Program-made: the position numbers and the translations under genes | The notes under the pieces: generated by a model | The model's database searches: none | What the model was told of the DNA's origin: nothing | The model's input: only the letters and a program-made list of their open reading frames with translations | Source of the DNA: Camelus dromedarius | Lineage: Eukaryota | Reading direction: 5' to 3' | Length of the DNA: 64,000 nucleotides | Assembly (NCBI RefSeq): GCF_036321535.1 | Contig: NC_087437.1 | Location: 2,790,001 to 2,854,000 of the forward strand | Part shown: piece by piece, positions 1-13,139 of the stretch | Numbering within the stretch: position 1 is the stretch's first letter | Layout: every line of letters starts with the position of its first letter

Positions 1-1395
1 TCCACACAGAAGCAGAATAAGAGGGCCATTTGCTGCCCGCCTTATTCAGTCCCCAGTAATCTGTCTTGCATCACTCACTTTTGTTGGGATTGACTAATAA
101 GCAACATGCTTTCACCCAGCCTGGTGGATATAAGCTGGGTGCTGGGGGCTGGCGGGGGCTGGCTCCCTAACCCAGTGCAGGAGGCCAGGCATGGGGTGGG
201 CTGGGCACCAGTTCCAAGCCCTGCTCTGGAAACACTGGCTCTGCAGAATCAGACACCCCGTGAGTGAGTGCAGCGTGTCCCACAGAGGTTGGGGATGAGA
301 GGCTGGTCCCCACACTGCCCACAGGGAACTTAGGGGAGCCCGGACAACTGAAAGCCAGAACCCCCCCTCAGGGCTGGAGTAGCTGAACAACCATCATGAC
401 CAGCTCGAAATCAGGGCTGTGGCATTGGGTCAGAATAGGGCTAATTTAGAAAACCTCTTAAAAAAAGGGGAATTTGAACTTTAATAGATGTTTTGGACAT
501 CTGTTGTAAAAACTGAAGTGTGGATCTTCTTGAGGGGACGGGGAATGAAATGCATTTAATACAGAACCACAGCCTCACGGGTAGTGAGTTCAGTCCGTGA
601 GGCTGCACAGTGTCTGTAACCGGAGGTGGTGTGAAGCATCACTCAGTGTAATTCTTCGATGTCAGATCTTGAGTGTTAATGCACTTCTTTTGGAAACCAT
701 ATGCAAATTGCAAACCGTATCCTAAGTAGCTTGGACTTGCTCAAACCCAGTGTGCACTGATGCTATGTAAATATTCTGTAAGAGGGTGTCTTAATGAAGT
801 AGAAATCTTACTACTATGATTGGCTAACCTTTATTCCTAATGCTACTAGATTAATATGAACACTAGTAAACGTCCTTTTCAGTAGAAGTAGCTCTGTCAT
901 TTCTGATGTTAGGGTCCACGCTTAGCTTATGGAGTTTTTGTTTGTTTGTTTTTTCCTGCTGACCCATTCTTCTGTTGAAAGAAATTCAGTAATTGACATT
1001 GAATTTCATTTTGCTGATTCTCATATGCAGGCTGTTCTTTCATCTTCAAAGTAAGGGAAATGTAAAAATGTAAAAAAAAAAAAAAGGTGTTTTCTCTCAT
1101 GCAAAGCTCTTCAGGATTAGAAGAATTTCAGTTGGAAATTTGCACAGAAGTTGTAAAGTCAGAAACTAACAAGTGAGATTTCTGCTGTTGCTGGATTGTT
1201 AGTGTGTCGGGTGTCTTAAGTGTTTTTTCAATTTATGAACAGCATAATTTATTGATATACTGTTGATTTTGGGGAACTAAGCCTATTTTTCTATGAAAGA
1301 ATTTTGCAGGTCGAAGTTAGATACCCAGGCTCCACTCTTTCTGGTTTTTTTGGAGAGGGGTGTTGTGGTTTTTTGTTTTTTTTTTTTTTTTTTTT

Positions 1396-1506
1396 GGCAG
1401 GGCGGGGAGGGAGGTAATTCGGTTTATTTATTTATTTTTAGAGGAGGTACTTGGGATTGGACCCATGCTGTGCATGCACTCTACCACTTGAGCTATACTC
1501 TCCCCC
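1396..1506 (-). mobile_element. Vic-1-like tRNA-derived SINE (camelid)
   Basis: Reverse complement reads GGGGGAGAGTATAGCTCAAGTGGTAGAGTGCATGC...GGGTCCAATCCCAAGTACCTCC then AAATAAATAAACC-AATTACC tail; A/B-box-like tRNA head; same element recurs elsewhere in the window. Confidence 0.8.
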
Positions 1507-3007
1507 TCTTTCTTGTTTTTGTTATCAACTCGTTTAAACCTCAAACCTGCTGAGTGGGACAGGTACCAGGACTGTCTCTCCTTTGCTATTGGACACTTGA
1601 ATTGTTTAAATGTTTTCATGGTTATTAATGCTGCTGAGATCAACACCCACATCAGAAATATTTTATGCATTTATGAATTTGATGACCACTTCGTTAAATG
1701 GTAGCTCAGGCATTGCATCATTCTTTGCCTTATTTTTCTTGTTGGTATTTATCACTTCTGACATCACATGGATTTACCTATCAGTTAATTTCCTCTGGAG
1801 CTTGGATTCCTTAGGGCAGAGTTTTTTCTGATTTGTTTACTAACGTATTCCCCAGCACCCAGAACAGTGTCTGGAACCTAAGAGGACAGATGTCCAGTAG
1901 ATATTTGTTGAATGGGGGAGAAAGCAAAGAATACAAGATTTATTGCATCTCTGCTGTGTGCTTGATGCTGGGTGAGCCAGCCAAATGCCTGCCCAGAGCT
2001 CCAGGCGCTGTAACTCAGGACAGAGGAAAGCAATGGGGTGTACACGTTCGTACTTAATGAACCTGCTTCTGGGGGGGGGGGTCCTGTCCTACGTGCGTCT
2101 CTGCGCGTGTGCGAAATGGTGTTTGTGCCGGTAATTCGTTACAGCAAGAGAGAGAAAACGACCCGGGGGTTTGATGCTGAGACCTGGGAGCCCGTCCCCG
2201 ACTGGACTCACGTCCCAGTTTTGCCACTTCCTTGGTGACTCGTGTGGGCAAGTTTCTTAACTTGGTTTTCTTCCCTCTGCAGTAAGATCGCTGGTAAGGA
2301 TTAAACGAGTGTGTCGTGCTTGTAGTGTGAGAGCTGTTTTCTTACTTGGCCTCTGGCAGAGATGGGAGTGGTAGAAACAGGTGGTCTTGGGCGTCCACAG
2401 GGGCAGGAGATGGCCCCATGGAATGCAAGGAGGGGGACAGAGCCAAGGATAACTTACGCCTGTACAGATGGGTTAGAATGGAGCCCAGTGTGGCTTCACA
2501 TCTCCTCACGCTATTGCCTTGGAAATACTGAGGCCGGACCCCTCTGGGCGATGTCTTTGAACTGACCTCTTTATCACAGCTTTCTCCTGCTCTCCAAAGA
2601 GAACCTGTCCATTCTTTGTTTCTGCACGGCTGCTTCCCAACTGTGTGTGAAACGGGGTGTAGGCATAACTGGGGGGATAATCGGTCTGACCATGAGATTA
2701 AATGGCCTCAAAGAAATGTTCATTTAGTAAGTAAAAATCAAGCAGCATTTGTCAGGTGAGTATACCATTGAGGGAAATATGTTTCATTTCATATTTAATT
2801 AAGAAACTCCATGTTATTATATTTTATTCCTATAGTTCCTGTAGAAAACCTCTTATTATGGATGGGCATTTCAGACAGAATAGTATGAGTATTGTAGAAT
2901 GAATGAACAGTAACCATCACACTTGTATTCATACTTACTTAGCTTTACAGATTGTTGAAATTCTCCTATTCTTGGAAAAAAATTAAAGTAGAAGCATTTA
3001 AATGTTT

Positions 3008-3149
3008 GGGGGAGGGCAGGAGAAGGTAATTAGGTTTTTTTATTTATATACTTTTATTTTTATTTTTCTTAATGAAGGTGCTGGGGATTGAAGCCAGGAC
3101 CTCGTGCGTGCTGAGCCCGTGCTCCACCACTGAGCTGCACCCTCCCCCC
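3008..3149 (-). mobile_element. Vic-1-like SINE
   Basis: Reverse complement GGGGGAGGGTGCAGCTCAGTGGTGGAGCAC...GAGGTCCTGGCTTCAATCCCCAGCACC with A-rich tail ending CCTAATTACC. Confidence 0.8.
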
Positions 3150-3151
3150 TC

Positions 3152-3358
3152 GAAGCACATTTTTGTAACTACTTTAATACCACTTTTTTTTCCTCTTGAA
3201 TTTTATTTATTGCACAAACAGCACTACAACAATAAGGAAACATTTAAAAATCTAAGCAGAAGCATATTTTTGTAACTACTTAAAAACTGCTTGTTTTTTT
3301 CTCTTGAATTTTGTTTATTGCACAAACAGCACTAACAATAAGGAACATTTAAAAAATC
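3152..3358. repeat. Imperfect tandem duplication, period ~107 bp
   Basis: GAAGCA(C/T)ATTTTTGTAACTACTT...CTCTTGAATTTT.TTTATTGCACAAACAGCACTA...AATAAGGAA..CATTTAAAAA starts at 3152 and again at 3259. Confidence 0.9.
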
Positions 3359-4670
3359 ATCTAAAATTGCATTATCCTAATGTGCCTGCTATTTTTGTGC
3401 TTTTTTTCTTGCTATTTGTTCAACTTTCGGCATCTGAAAAAATTAAGGATTGGTTAAGTAAATAAATAAAGTCTCACAAGAAATAATAGAAAAAAGTATC
3501 CAGTAACAATTTTTTTTCTTGTTTCTTGCTATCAAGAAAAACTTGATATTTAAACTGGAAAGGTAGGAGAATTAGCAACAAAAAGAAAAAAAATAACACC
3601 TAAAATGTCAGAAAGAAATGAGAACCCAGGTTATATAAAAAATTGCATCCTTAAGAACATACCTGATGTATATTTAGTACTTAAGGATTAAGGTGAGGTC
3701 TCAGAATCCTGTTCCGTGTCTTGAGAAATTCCTGTAGCCTGCAGGTGGGGCCAGTTTCAAAGGGAGGAAAACCCCATAAATTGCAGAATAATTGTGAACA
3801 GGATGCTAATCTCCAACATTAAATCATTAAAATGGTATTGTTAACCTGAATAAAAGAATGGGCATTGTTTGACGCTTTTGTAGGTTTTACTAAAAAATGA
3901 ATTATGCTCTTTAAGCCAATTTAACTTTTTTCTTAAAAAAAAAAAAAAGACATGAAGACTGGGGCTGCCAAAATGTTTATTTGAACTAAGTATTTGAAAG
4001 GTCACTGATGAACATGTAAATACAAAGAAAACACCTCCATCTTATATGCTCTAAACTCATTTTCTTCATGCCTCAGTTACGGGGCGGATGTCTGCTGACA
4101 AGAGTTTCTAAAACCCTACTACACAGACATCATATTTTCTGATTTAAGAGGATGTATCTTTCTACCCAGGGACAAGTACCATAGATCGTATAGAAAAGGA
4201 ACTAGACTAAAACAAAGAACTCGATCCGGCAGGGTGCCCGTGCAGAGGGCGCTTTCTGGTTTTATCTTTTTGTTTTTTTTTTTTTAAACATCTTTTTATA
4301 TAGAGCTTTCCGCTGTTGATAGCTTTTCATTCTCACTCTCACAAACAGGTATTTCTCCTGCTTTATGGAGGGGAATCAAAGCAAAGGAGCGAGACTAGGC
4401 TTGCCCCTTGTGGGGGGACGGCGGGGCTGTGGGCTGACTCCAGATCACATTGCTGCAAGCCCCGTCCCGGCCTGGACCCTACCCCGGGCTCTGCCCGTTA
4501 GATTACAGCGTCTTCAGAAGCCCCTGAAAATGTGCTTTGTCTTCAGAAAATCCTGCAGGATTTATTCAGTAAAATGTGCTTCTGCTCACTGAGTGAGGAA
4601 AAATAACCAGATGAACAAACGCTTTATACCGCTGAAGAAGAGGAAGGTGATTTTTCACTCTACTTTTCAG

Positions 4671-4827
4671 GTATGCGACTTTTCCTTGGATGTACCTGAT
4701 CTCCAGAATCTTCTCCAGTTCCAACATTGCTTTCACCTCGTACAAGTCCTTGAACTTCATCTTTGGCCTCCGCACCTTGCTGATGACCGTCATGCTCCGG
4801 CTGCTGGCCACCACCTCCAAAGTCCAG
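4671..4827 (+). pseudogene. ABCA13: ABCA13 pseudo-exon 1 (second transmembrane domain)
   Basis: ttttcAG|...|GTcagt; translates (G)[52 protein letters not shown], matching recalled ABCA13 [33 protein letters not shown]; this exon itself is open. Confidence 0.9.
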
Positions 4828-5206
4828 GTCAGTGAGTTTCAGTACTGCCGCCCCCAGGGCGCAGGGAGAAGAGAGTGCTGACTCATGCCTGGTCTGTTAC
4901 TTTCCAACTGAGATTAAATGAAATGTGCTAGTATCCACTGCCTTCAACCTCCAGGAAGAGAAATTGGCTCTAAGTAACAGAAACGTCTGTGTCATGGTAA
5001 GAGCCTCCCCCAGGCTGGTGACCACAGACAAAGCACGAGCATTTGGTGCTGTTCCCTTCGTGAGGCCAGACCCAGAGGCGTGCTCATGGCCGCATCCATG
5101 GGTGCGTTTGTGGATGAGTCACTGATTGATGGTTGAAGAGTGGATGTGGATGTGAAATGTGTCCTGGCGAGGTGTCATGGGAGAGGGGTCAGATCTTCCT
5201 CTCTTT

Positions 5207-5284
5207 GGGGTTGGATGCTCCAGGGTCATAGGTCCTCGGTGTCAGATGCTTCAGGGTCATCGGTCCTTGGGGTCAGATGCTTCA
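5207..5284. repeat. 31-bp minisatellite-like repeat, ~2.5 copies
   Basis: GATGCT(C/T)CAGGGTCAT(A/C)GGTCCT(C/T)GG(T/G)GTCA; GATGCT starts at 5214, 5245 and 5276. Confidence 0.85.
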
Positions 5285-5824
5285 AAGTGGGATTGGCCAC
5301 AGTGGCAAACCACACTGTTGGACCACAGCAGGTCCAGATTATCTGGGTGATTCTGCCCTTTCTCCTCTGACCCCTGGAACTTATTTGGATTTGCTGCTTT
5401 CAAAATGTTGGAGCAAAGGGCTACCCTGAGAAATGTCTCCTAATTAAGGAATGTGTCTCCTGGTGGGGAGGATGCCCTTCTCAGAGAACCCTCTCTCCAG
5501 CAGGCCATTGGCATCAGCAGGCCAGTTTGGGTATTATCCCAGCAGGTGTCTAGATCAAGTGGAATCCACTTGTGCTGACACATCCTTCTTGTCCCCTCCA
5601 GGCTCCTTCCGCCCATCTCCTCCTGGGAGGCCTGCCTAGGTCTTGCCTGCTTCAACTCACCTTCCGTTTTCCATCTTCCGCAGCCTACCCTGCGCTGCTT
5701 GTGGAGTAGACTCAGAGTTCACCCTCTCCTTTGCGTTTATGTCAACTTCTCTTTTACTTTCTCCTCTTGGCTCTGAGCACACTGTGCTCTCCTGGCTCCC
5801 TACTGTACAGACCCCCATTCCTCA

Positions 5825-6455
5825 TGTTACTGAACCAAACTCAGGTCCACTGCCCACGAGCAGTGAAGCCAGTCTTCTGACCCCTGGTGGTGTTGAAGGA
5901 AAGTGCAGAGTTTATTGCAGGTGCCCAGCAAGGAGTCCAGGCAGCCAGTGCTCAAAAGACCTGAACTCCCTGGAGGCTTTCAGGGAAAGATTGTCTTTTA
6001 AAGACAGGATGAGGGAGGGGGTCGCTGGGGGCATGATCAGCTCATCGACAGTCCTCTGACTGGTGGGTGGTGAGGTCACTGGGAGTCAACATCATCAACC
6101 TTCTGGTTCCAGCTGGTCTGGGGTCCACGTGCTTGTGGGCAGCATGCACCACAAGCTTCTTCCACCTGGTGGGGGTTTCAGTGTCTGCAAAACAGCTCAA
6201 AGCCCTTTGAGCTACAGCCCTTGAGGAGGAACTAAAGATGCTTGACTTTGTTTAGTGGCTAAACTAATATTATTTTGTCTTGCTAGACTGTTTTCTTTCC
6301 ATTCTGCGTTTTCTCACTTCTCCGATTAAATGTGCTCTTTGGAACTCTGGGCAGGCCTAGCAGGCTGATGTTTTTCTACAGACAAGAGGCAGGTGGAGGA
6401 CATGGAGGGGGGTCTTTTCCAGGAAGGCCCTTTGGGGTCCTCAGTAGTCCCGGTG
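5825..6455 (-). mobile_element. ERV solo LTR (MER21-like)
   Basis: Begins TGTTACTGAACCAAACTCAGGTCCACTGCCC, carries TTTATT (AATAAA on -) at ~5910 and typical GTCAACATCATCAACCTTCTGGTTCCA segment; family name from memory. Confidence 0.6.
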
Positions 6456-9199
6456 TGTGATTGACTCACAGGCTGAGAAAACAGTGTGGGAAACGCCCAG
6501 CCCTCCCAGTTCTGGCGAATGTGCTGCTGGTCGTGTCTCAGAGGGGTCCGGGACTGAGGCCTGCGTAAGTGGGGCGGGCTCGCTTCCTGACGCCTGGACT
6601 TGCCAAGACTTGGTAGGCTCTCCACTGATGGCTCCTATTAATTTTTGTGGTTATGCCTCATGTTTGTTTAGAAGCAGTGAGTTATGTAAACATCCATTAT
6701 GCATTCAGTAAAAGGAACGATTTATTTTGGTGATTTTTATAGATCTGCTATTGACACTAATCTGGATTAATGTGTCTAAACTTTAAATAGAAAACTAGCA
6801 AAACCATTAGTTGGTTTTAGGTTGAGGAGAACGTTGAAGTTAGCAGAGGCAGAACACAAATTTCCTCGTCCCCAGCAGGTCCCTAATGTCATGGATGGGG
6901 CAGAGCTGAAGCAGTTGGCCTCACCACTGATGGTGACACGAATGAGAAATCAGTGCTTGGTGTAGTAATAAGCACTGAGATTTGGGGGATGTTTGTTACT
7001 ATAGCAAAGCTAACTTATACATCATTAAACTGAAACCAGCTGCTGTCTTTAATAACAACAATAAAAAATCATGGATGTCAGTCATGAACTAAGATGGGGA
7101 GGAAACCAGACTCAAGGTAGATGGACCTTATGGTGAGAAACTCGCAGCAGGATCTGCTCCAGGGGTCAGGATCTCAGATGGAAAAGGAGAGATCTTCCAG
7201 ACCCAAAGAGGATCTAGCCAGGAACCTTTGTGTGGTGAGATCCTAATGCTTAGGTCAGTGGGAGGCATTGTTCCCTTCTGTTGTAAACAGAGTTGCTCAC
7301 TTGGAGAGAAAATCAGCAGGTAATAGGTTGTTTGCAAAAAAAAGGGTCAAGCTCGATTGTTAACAGATAATAAAAGGCATTTTATTGCTGTTCCTCAGGA
7401 CTTTCTTTTCCTTTGCTCTTTATTTTGATGTTGTTTGCTTTAAAAACTCAATGTTATAAATAGGTGGTTTCAAATATTCATTTGTAAGTTAATGGAGCAA
7501 TTGATACACGTTCATGGCATCAATAGAAGAATCCAAGAAAGGTGACTGGAGTCTCAGATCAGTGCCAAAAGCCAGTACAACTGGTATTGACCATTGCGTA
7601 CACAACCTATAATGTTAATAAGAGCATTTTAGTTTTTACCACATCACAATTTATAAGCCAATGTCTATAGGAAATACATTTTGGGTTCTAACTCAAGGGC
7701 TGGGGCATCTGTCTCTCCCACTGGTGAGGCTTCCTTTTAAGTGGAGAGGGAGACTCACAGTTTCAGTAATTTATTTCTCTGGATACTCAATCTCTAAGTA
7801 TTGTAAGTCAGACACTTGTGAATTGCTGTTCGATGAATTTGTGTAGCTGCCCGCCTCCACGTGTGGATTACTTGTCAACTCAGTGTCTATGCATCATGGA
7901 CAGCTTTGTTCATGGCGGGGTAGGTACCTGGGGGTTCGTCACATTCAGATCTGAAGTCCTTATGGTTATTTCCTGAATTGTCACTTCCTGAGTTAAAAGC
8001 TACAAAAGTCTACCGTTTCCATCTTACCACTAGTAAGACAAAAATCCTTTCATGTGGGACATTATTTGATCCAGAGACTTTGTTTTATGAAAAGTTGGAT
8101 TAATAGACCCCTTTAGGACTGGTTGACATCTGTAAATAGTGTCAATCAAGACAGGAATTGAAGGGAAATTAAATGAACCTTTTGTGTTCTTCCCTTGTCT
8201 CTACGCGGAAGACGGTAAACCATCGTATAATAATACACGCCCCGAGAGGCTTCATTGAATTTTCTGTTGTCCCCAGTCACGTCAGTTGAGACTACTAATT
8301 GTGAACACCTGTGAGTATGCATTACAAGGGAAAACTGGACCTTTTTGGGTGTGTAATATATAATTGACACCTTTAATATTTTATTCTTTAATTTTCATAT
8401 AACATACCCTGCTGTGTGTGATTAGGTACACATGGTGAGGATTTGACTTCCCTATAGAATATTATTGTTTGAACCAATTACTGAGTTTGAACATAGGGAG
8501 AGAAGGGCTCTAAGATCTGAGTCTGATTCTCAGTGATACTTGCATAGCATCATTTGTTAGTTGTGGTTCACGTAGCCTTTCTGGGTTAAACTCTTTAGCT
8601 ATACCGTATCTAAAAGTCAGTTCAACAAACCACGTTTTGGTGAATTTTCTCCAAATGTTGCGTTCCTTGGTGGAAAAACCTTATTCTTTGGACCCGACAG
8701 GTGGGGGTTGAGTCCTGGCCTTCCCACAATGTGGTTTGGACACATTAATCAGCCACTTGAAACTGTGTTTGCGAATTTGTAACTGAATTTACTTCTTAGT
8801 ACCTTGTACATTTATTGAGAGAATGAAATGCAGTAAAATTCAGTAAAGCGGGGAACATACAGTACTTCACAGAAAGCACCTAGTAGACAGTGATTAACAC
8901 AGCAATAACTTGAATTTCATTATAAAACACCAGATTCACAAAACATCAGATGGTAGAAACAATAATGAAATTTATGGCAGATTTGTTTTATATATATATA
9001 TTTAATTTCAAATTGTATTTTTCAAATATCTTCATACTTTTTGGTTTCTCTGCAATTACATACTAATTGTTCTCTTTCCATCTCCTTGGCCTTGTAATAC
9101 TATTTAATTTGAATGTTAATGACAACTACGTATATTTAATATCTACTCTATGCTAAGTGTGAACTTTTTTCATGTTATGGAAATGTTCACAGTCACAGC

Positions 9200-9665
9200 T
9201 GTTGACGAAAATGATTGACCTAAGAAAGAAATGGAAAATTTTATTTGAGCCAGATTTGAGGATTGTAACCTGGGGAGAGCATCTCAGAAAGCTTTGAGAA
9301 GTGTTCCACCCATTACAAATCAAGGCGGTCATATACGTTTTTTGAGACAGAGGGCTGTGCATCAAATGATGTATTATTGATAGTTTACATCATCCAGATC
9401 TATGCGTCATCCTGGTGGGTCATGTGACCCCTAACAGAGTCAAGAAGGAATGTTATCTTTTAAGGATTTGTCTTGTTGGCACTAGGAGAATGTGGCTCTT
9501 TATGGTTAACCAGGTGTCCCGATCGATGCAGAATGCAGACACATGGTGCACAGTGCCAGGAGAGGAGGTCAGAGGGCAGAGAAGAATTTTTTATGTTTCA
9601 ATTTTTGTTGTCTTGCCATAACTTAACGAATTTTATTTTACGCGTAATTTTCTTGTCTTGCCATA
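9200..9665 (-). mobile_element. ERV1-type solo LTR
   Basis: Begins TGTTGACGAAAA..., TTTATTTGAGCCAGATTTGAGGATTGTAACCTGGG motif typical of antisense ERV1 LTR ends. Confidence 0.55.
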
Positions 9666-9734
9666 AAATGTGAACTTTAATATTATCCACTCATTTAGAC
9701 ACTCATGTCCTCCCACGAAATTAGCTACTCAAGT

Positions 9735-10470
9735 TCTTAGTCAGTTCGGGCTGCTCCAACACAGTGCAATAGAGTGAGTGCCCAAAACAACAGACTTGCG
9801 TTTCTCATGGTTCTGGAGGCTGGGGTGTACCACGGTGCTGGCAGGTTCCTTCTCGCTGTGTCCTCGCACCGCAGAGGGAAAGGATGCTCTGGTGTCTCTT
9901 CCTCTTCCTGTAAGAACACCGATCGCATCAAGGGTTGTACCTCAGACTTCCTCTAAACCCAGTCATCTCCCAAAGCCCCATATCTTAATACCATCACATT
10001 GAGGGTTAGGTCTTCAACACGTGCATTTGGGTCGGGGGGCAAACAGTCTATCAGATTCCCCTCCTGGCCCCCCCAAATTATGTCCTTCACGTATGAAAAA
10101 TACATTAATCTACCCCAGCAGCCCCCAAAGTCTAAACCCGTTCTAGTCCAAAGTTCCATCTAAATATCATCTACATCAGAGATGGGAGAGACTCGAGGTA
10201 CATTCATCTTGAGGCAGAGTTCCCCTCACCTTGTGAACCTGTGAAACCAGGTAAGTTGTAAGTTACGCACTTCCAAAATACAGTGCTAGGACAGGCATAG
10301 GTGAGATGTTTACATTCCAAAAGGAAGACGTTGGAAGACAGAAAGAGGGGAGGGGTCCCAGCGGAGTCTAAAACCGCGCAGGGCTGAACCCTTAGGGCTT
10401 CAGGCTGGAGAATACTCGTCTTGGATTTGATGGCTGTCTGCAGGTATCCTTGAGTGGCTGGGATTGGGAG
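9735..10470 (-). mobile_element. MaLR LTR (MLT1-like)
   Basis: TCTTAGTCAGTTCGGGCTGCT...TTCTCATGGTTCTGGAGGCTGG...CCATCACATTGAGGGTTAGG..TTCAACA, the MLT1 signature blocks. Confidence 0.7.
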
Positions 10471-10537
10471 TTCCAACAAGGAGAAATGGGAATTATGAAG
10501 CACTTTTCATTTGATTTCTCTGTCTTTCACTGCACAG

Positions 10538-10790
10538 AATTTGCAGAACATCTATGATGTCTTCAAGTGAGTGTTCACTATTTTCCCTCAATTCTGCCTG
10601 GGCCAAGGATTGATAGAACTCTGTTACAGTCAGATCAAATATGACTTGACCCACAACTTCAGCTTGGATTCCTACATGAGTCCCTTTGAGATGAACTTCT
10701 GGGCTGGATCTTTGTGCACCTGGCCTCACAAGGCACAGTTGTGCTCCTCTTGAGGATTCTGCTGCACTGGGGCCTTCTGCAGTGGTCTAG
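10538..10790 (+). pseudogene. ABCA13: ABCA13 pseudo-exon 2, disrupted
   Basis: gcacAG|...|GTacat; [53 protein letters not shown] / [32 protein letters not shown] at 10568-10570 replaces Trp; 1-nt deletion at ~10700. Confidence 0.92.
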
Positions 10791-12946
10791 GTACATCCCA
10801 CAGGGCGCATCCTTGAGTGGTACCCACTTCTGGATGAAGAGGGAGGGGAAACTGCATCCTGGAGGTTGCAAGATAAGACGTGTGTCTGATCAGTATTACA
10901 CACTGCTCTAATAGTTCAGATTTTATGTTTTCTTGGTTTGTTTTGTTGGTTGGGAAGTTCAGTGCTGATAACTTACTATTAGTAATAATGCATCCCCTCA
11001 TGAGCAGTGGCCCATGGTCTGCTCCTGGTGTGGAGCGGAGTGCAGGCCCAGAGGCCACTGGGGTGCCACCCTCACGTCTCTTGCACTTGCTCCCATCCCG
11101 CGGCCCTGCTGGTTGTCCTCTCAGCTCTGGCCACATACCAGTGAGGTTGGGTGGGTTTGGGGAGGTGCCCTGTTTATTCTCTGTCTGGTCTGGAGCTGGA
11201 CTTTGTGCTCTGTACCCCAGATGCCGGCTGGGTCTGGGCAGTCCCATGGCCCAGGGCCGCATGTGCCTTCTGACCTTAGGTGTACTGACCCTCTGGAAGG
11301 TTCAGCCACAGCTAGTACCCATCAGGTTGCTTCCTTTGTAGAACAGTGACATTTTTTTATGGTTGCCACTGGAAGATGACTAAGGGGCACATTTCTGAGT
11401 GCAGGTGAATGGACTGCGTGTTGGATCATTGCAAGCCCAGTAGAAGTGACCCCTCCCTTTGTCCTTCACCCATCAGAGTAACTCGAGATGTGAAGAAGCG
11501 TGCGGGACCCTGATTTCAGAGGCTCTAGGGGTGGGACCCAGGGAGGATTTGTAAGTCTCCGAGGAGACTGTAACGAGGAGAGGGTCAGAACTGCTGTTGT
11601 GGGTGCCTTGGGGTGGGTCCTGGAAACAGGAAGGAATAAGTGAGTATGGTTTCCTGGTAGAGTGAGAAAAGACCTCTGGAAGGCAGGCCAGGCTGAAGGG
11701 TCAAGGAGTGCACTCTCAGCGGGGGAAGGGGAAGGTAACTGTCAAGCAGAAATGAGTAAAACTTGATGATTTTCCACAGCTTGAACACACCTGTGCTCCC
11801 TTCTTCCAGACTGAGCACTCTCAGCATCTCCGCAGCCCCCTCACAACCCGCTCTAGTCAATGACCGCTCCGCAGAGGACTGCCTTTCTTATTTGTGCCCC
11901 CGTCGGTTCCTGTCTCATGCTTTTGGAAACTATGTAGATTACATGGTATAACATAGACGCCAGAGGGTCTCCCTGTATTTTCTCATCACCTCTGTTGTGT
12001 TGAAAACATCATCTGTTTGTCCAGTGGTGATTTCAGGTATGGAAAAGAATAGTACAAAGGAAAGATCTGGGGGCACCTGGCTCTGGCAGTGGATGTTTTA
12101 TTTTATTTTTAATCCTTTTTATTTTAAAATAGTTTCACTCACAAGAAATAGCAAAATAAGTACAGAGTTCTTATGTCCCCTTCACCCAGCTTCTCTCAAT
12201 GATGTCATGATAATGTAATAATACGTTACATGACAATAAGACATTGAGAAAGCCAGGAAATTGATGTTGGCACAACACTCTCTCGGTGATCTGTACTCAT
12301 TTAGTTATTAAAATATTGGCATATTACAGTTTGCAGAAATGGAGATTTATGTGAAAGCTCAAATGCACCGGAATGAAAAACACAAGGAAGATTGAAAAGT
12401 GAGCAGCTCAGATTTAGAGTAAATAAATTAGACTTGAAAATTAAATTTGTATTTGTCCAACAGACATGTAAGTCTGTTGGGCCAGGCATTGAGCACAGGG
12501 CTTGCCGTGCAATCCTTTTATACAATCCAGCGTACGCTATAGGACTATAGTGTTTGGGTCCTTTTGTGTGTAACCTACTTTATAACATTACTGTTTGCTA
12601 AAAGTGCTTACATGAGTTGATCTCTTTTTATTCTAATAAACTATTTGTCCCTCCAACACGAAAGTCTGGCATGACTTTATTATTCATCAAATTGAAGAGT
12701 CGTTCTAGTTTGGTGTCCATCCACGTCGCTTTCAGGCACACGCACATTTCCTTCACGTTAAGGGATGAATACTGACTCTGTGGTTATCAGTCACCAGGAT
12801 GGCAGAACTGGGGTGCATGCACCCCAGCTGATACTGCAGACTCGGAAGACCGTATCTTCTGTTTGGGTGACCTCTGAGCCGCCCCCTCTCTGGATTCTTC
12901 CAGCCCCATTTCCCAGGAGTGAATTAACTCTCACTTCTCTCTCCAG

Positions 12947-13139
12947 GCGTCCTTCTGCCATTCAGGGCACAGTCACATTTTCTAAGGACATAGACGTTGG
13001 AAAGGAGCAAATGAGGGTGTTGAAAGGAAGAACCTATGGAGACATTCTCATGTTGTACAACCTTAGTAAAAGTTACAGAAGCTTTTTCAAGAGAACCACC
13101 GCTGTGCAAGACATAAGCTTGGGTGTAAGAAGACTAGAG
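12947..13139 (+). pseudogene. ABCA13: ABCA13 pseudo-exon 3 (start of second nucleotide-binding domain)
   Basis: ctccAG|...|GTaaaa; [64 protein letters not shown]; open. Confidence 0.92.

Noticed and set aside
4270..5800. Minus-strand retrocopy suggested by the T-run at 4273 and ORF 4566-4820
   Set aside because: The ORF is the antisense shadow of the ABCA13 exon; no recognisable protein or TSD.
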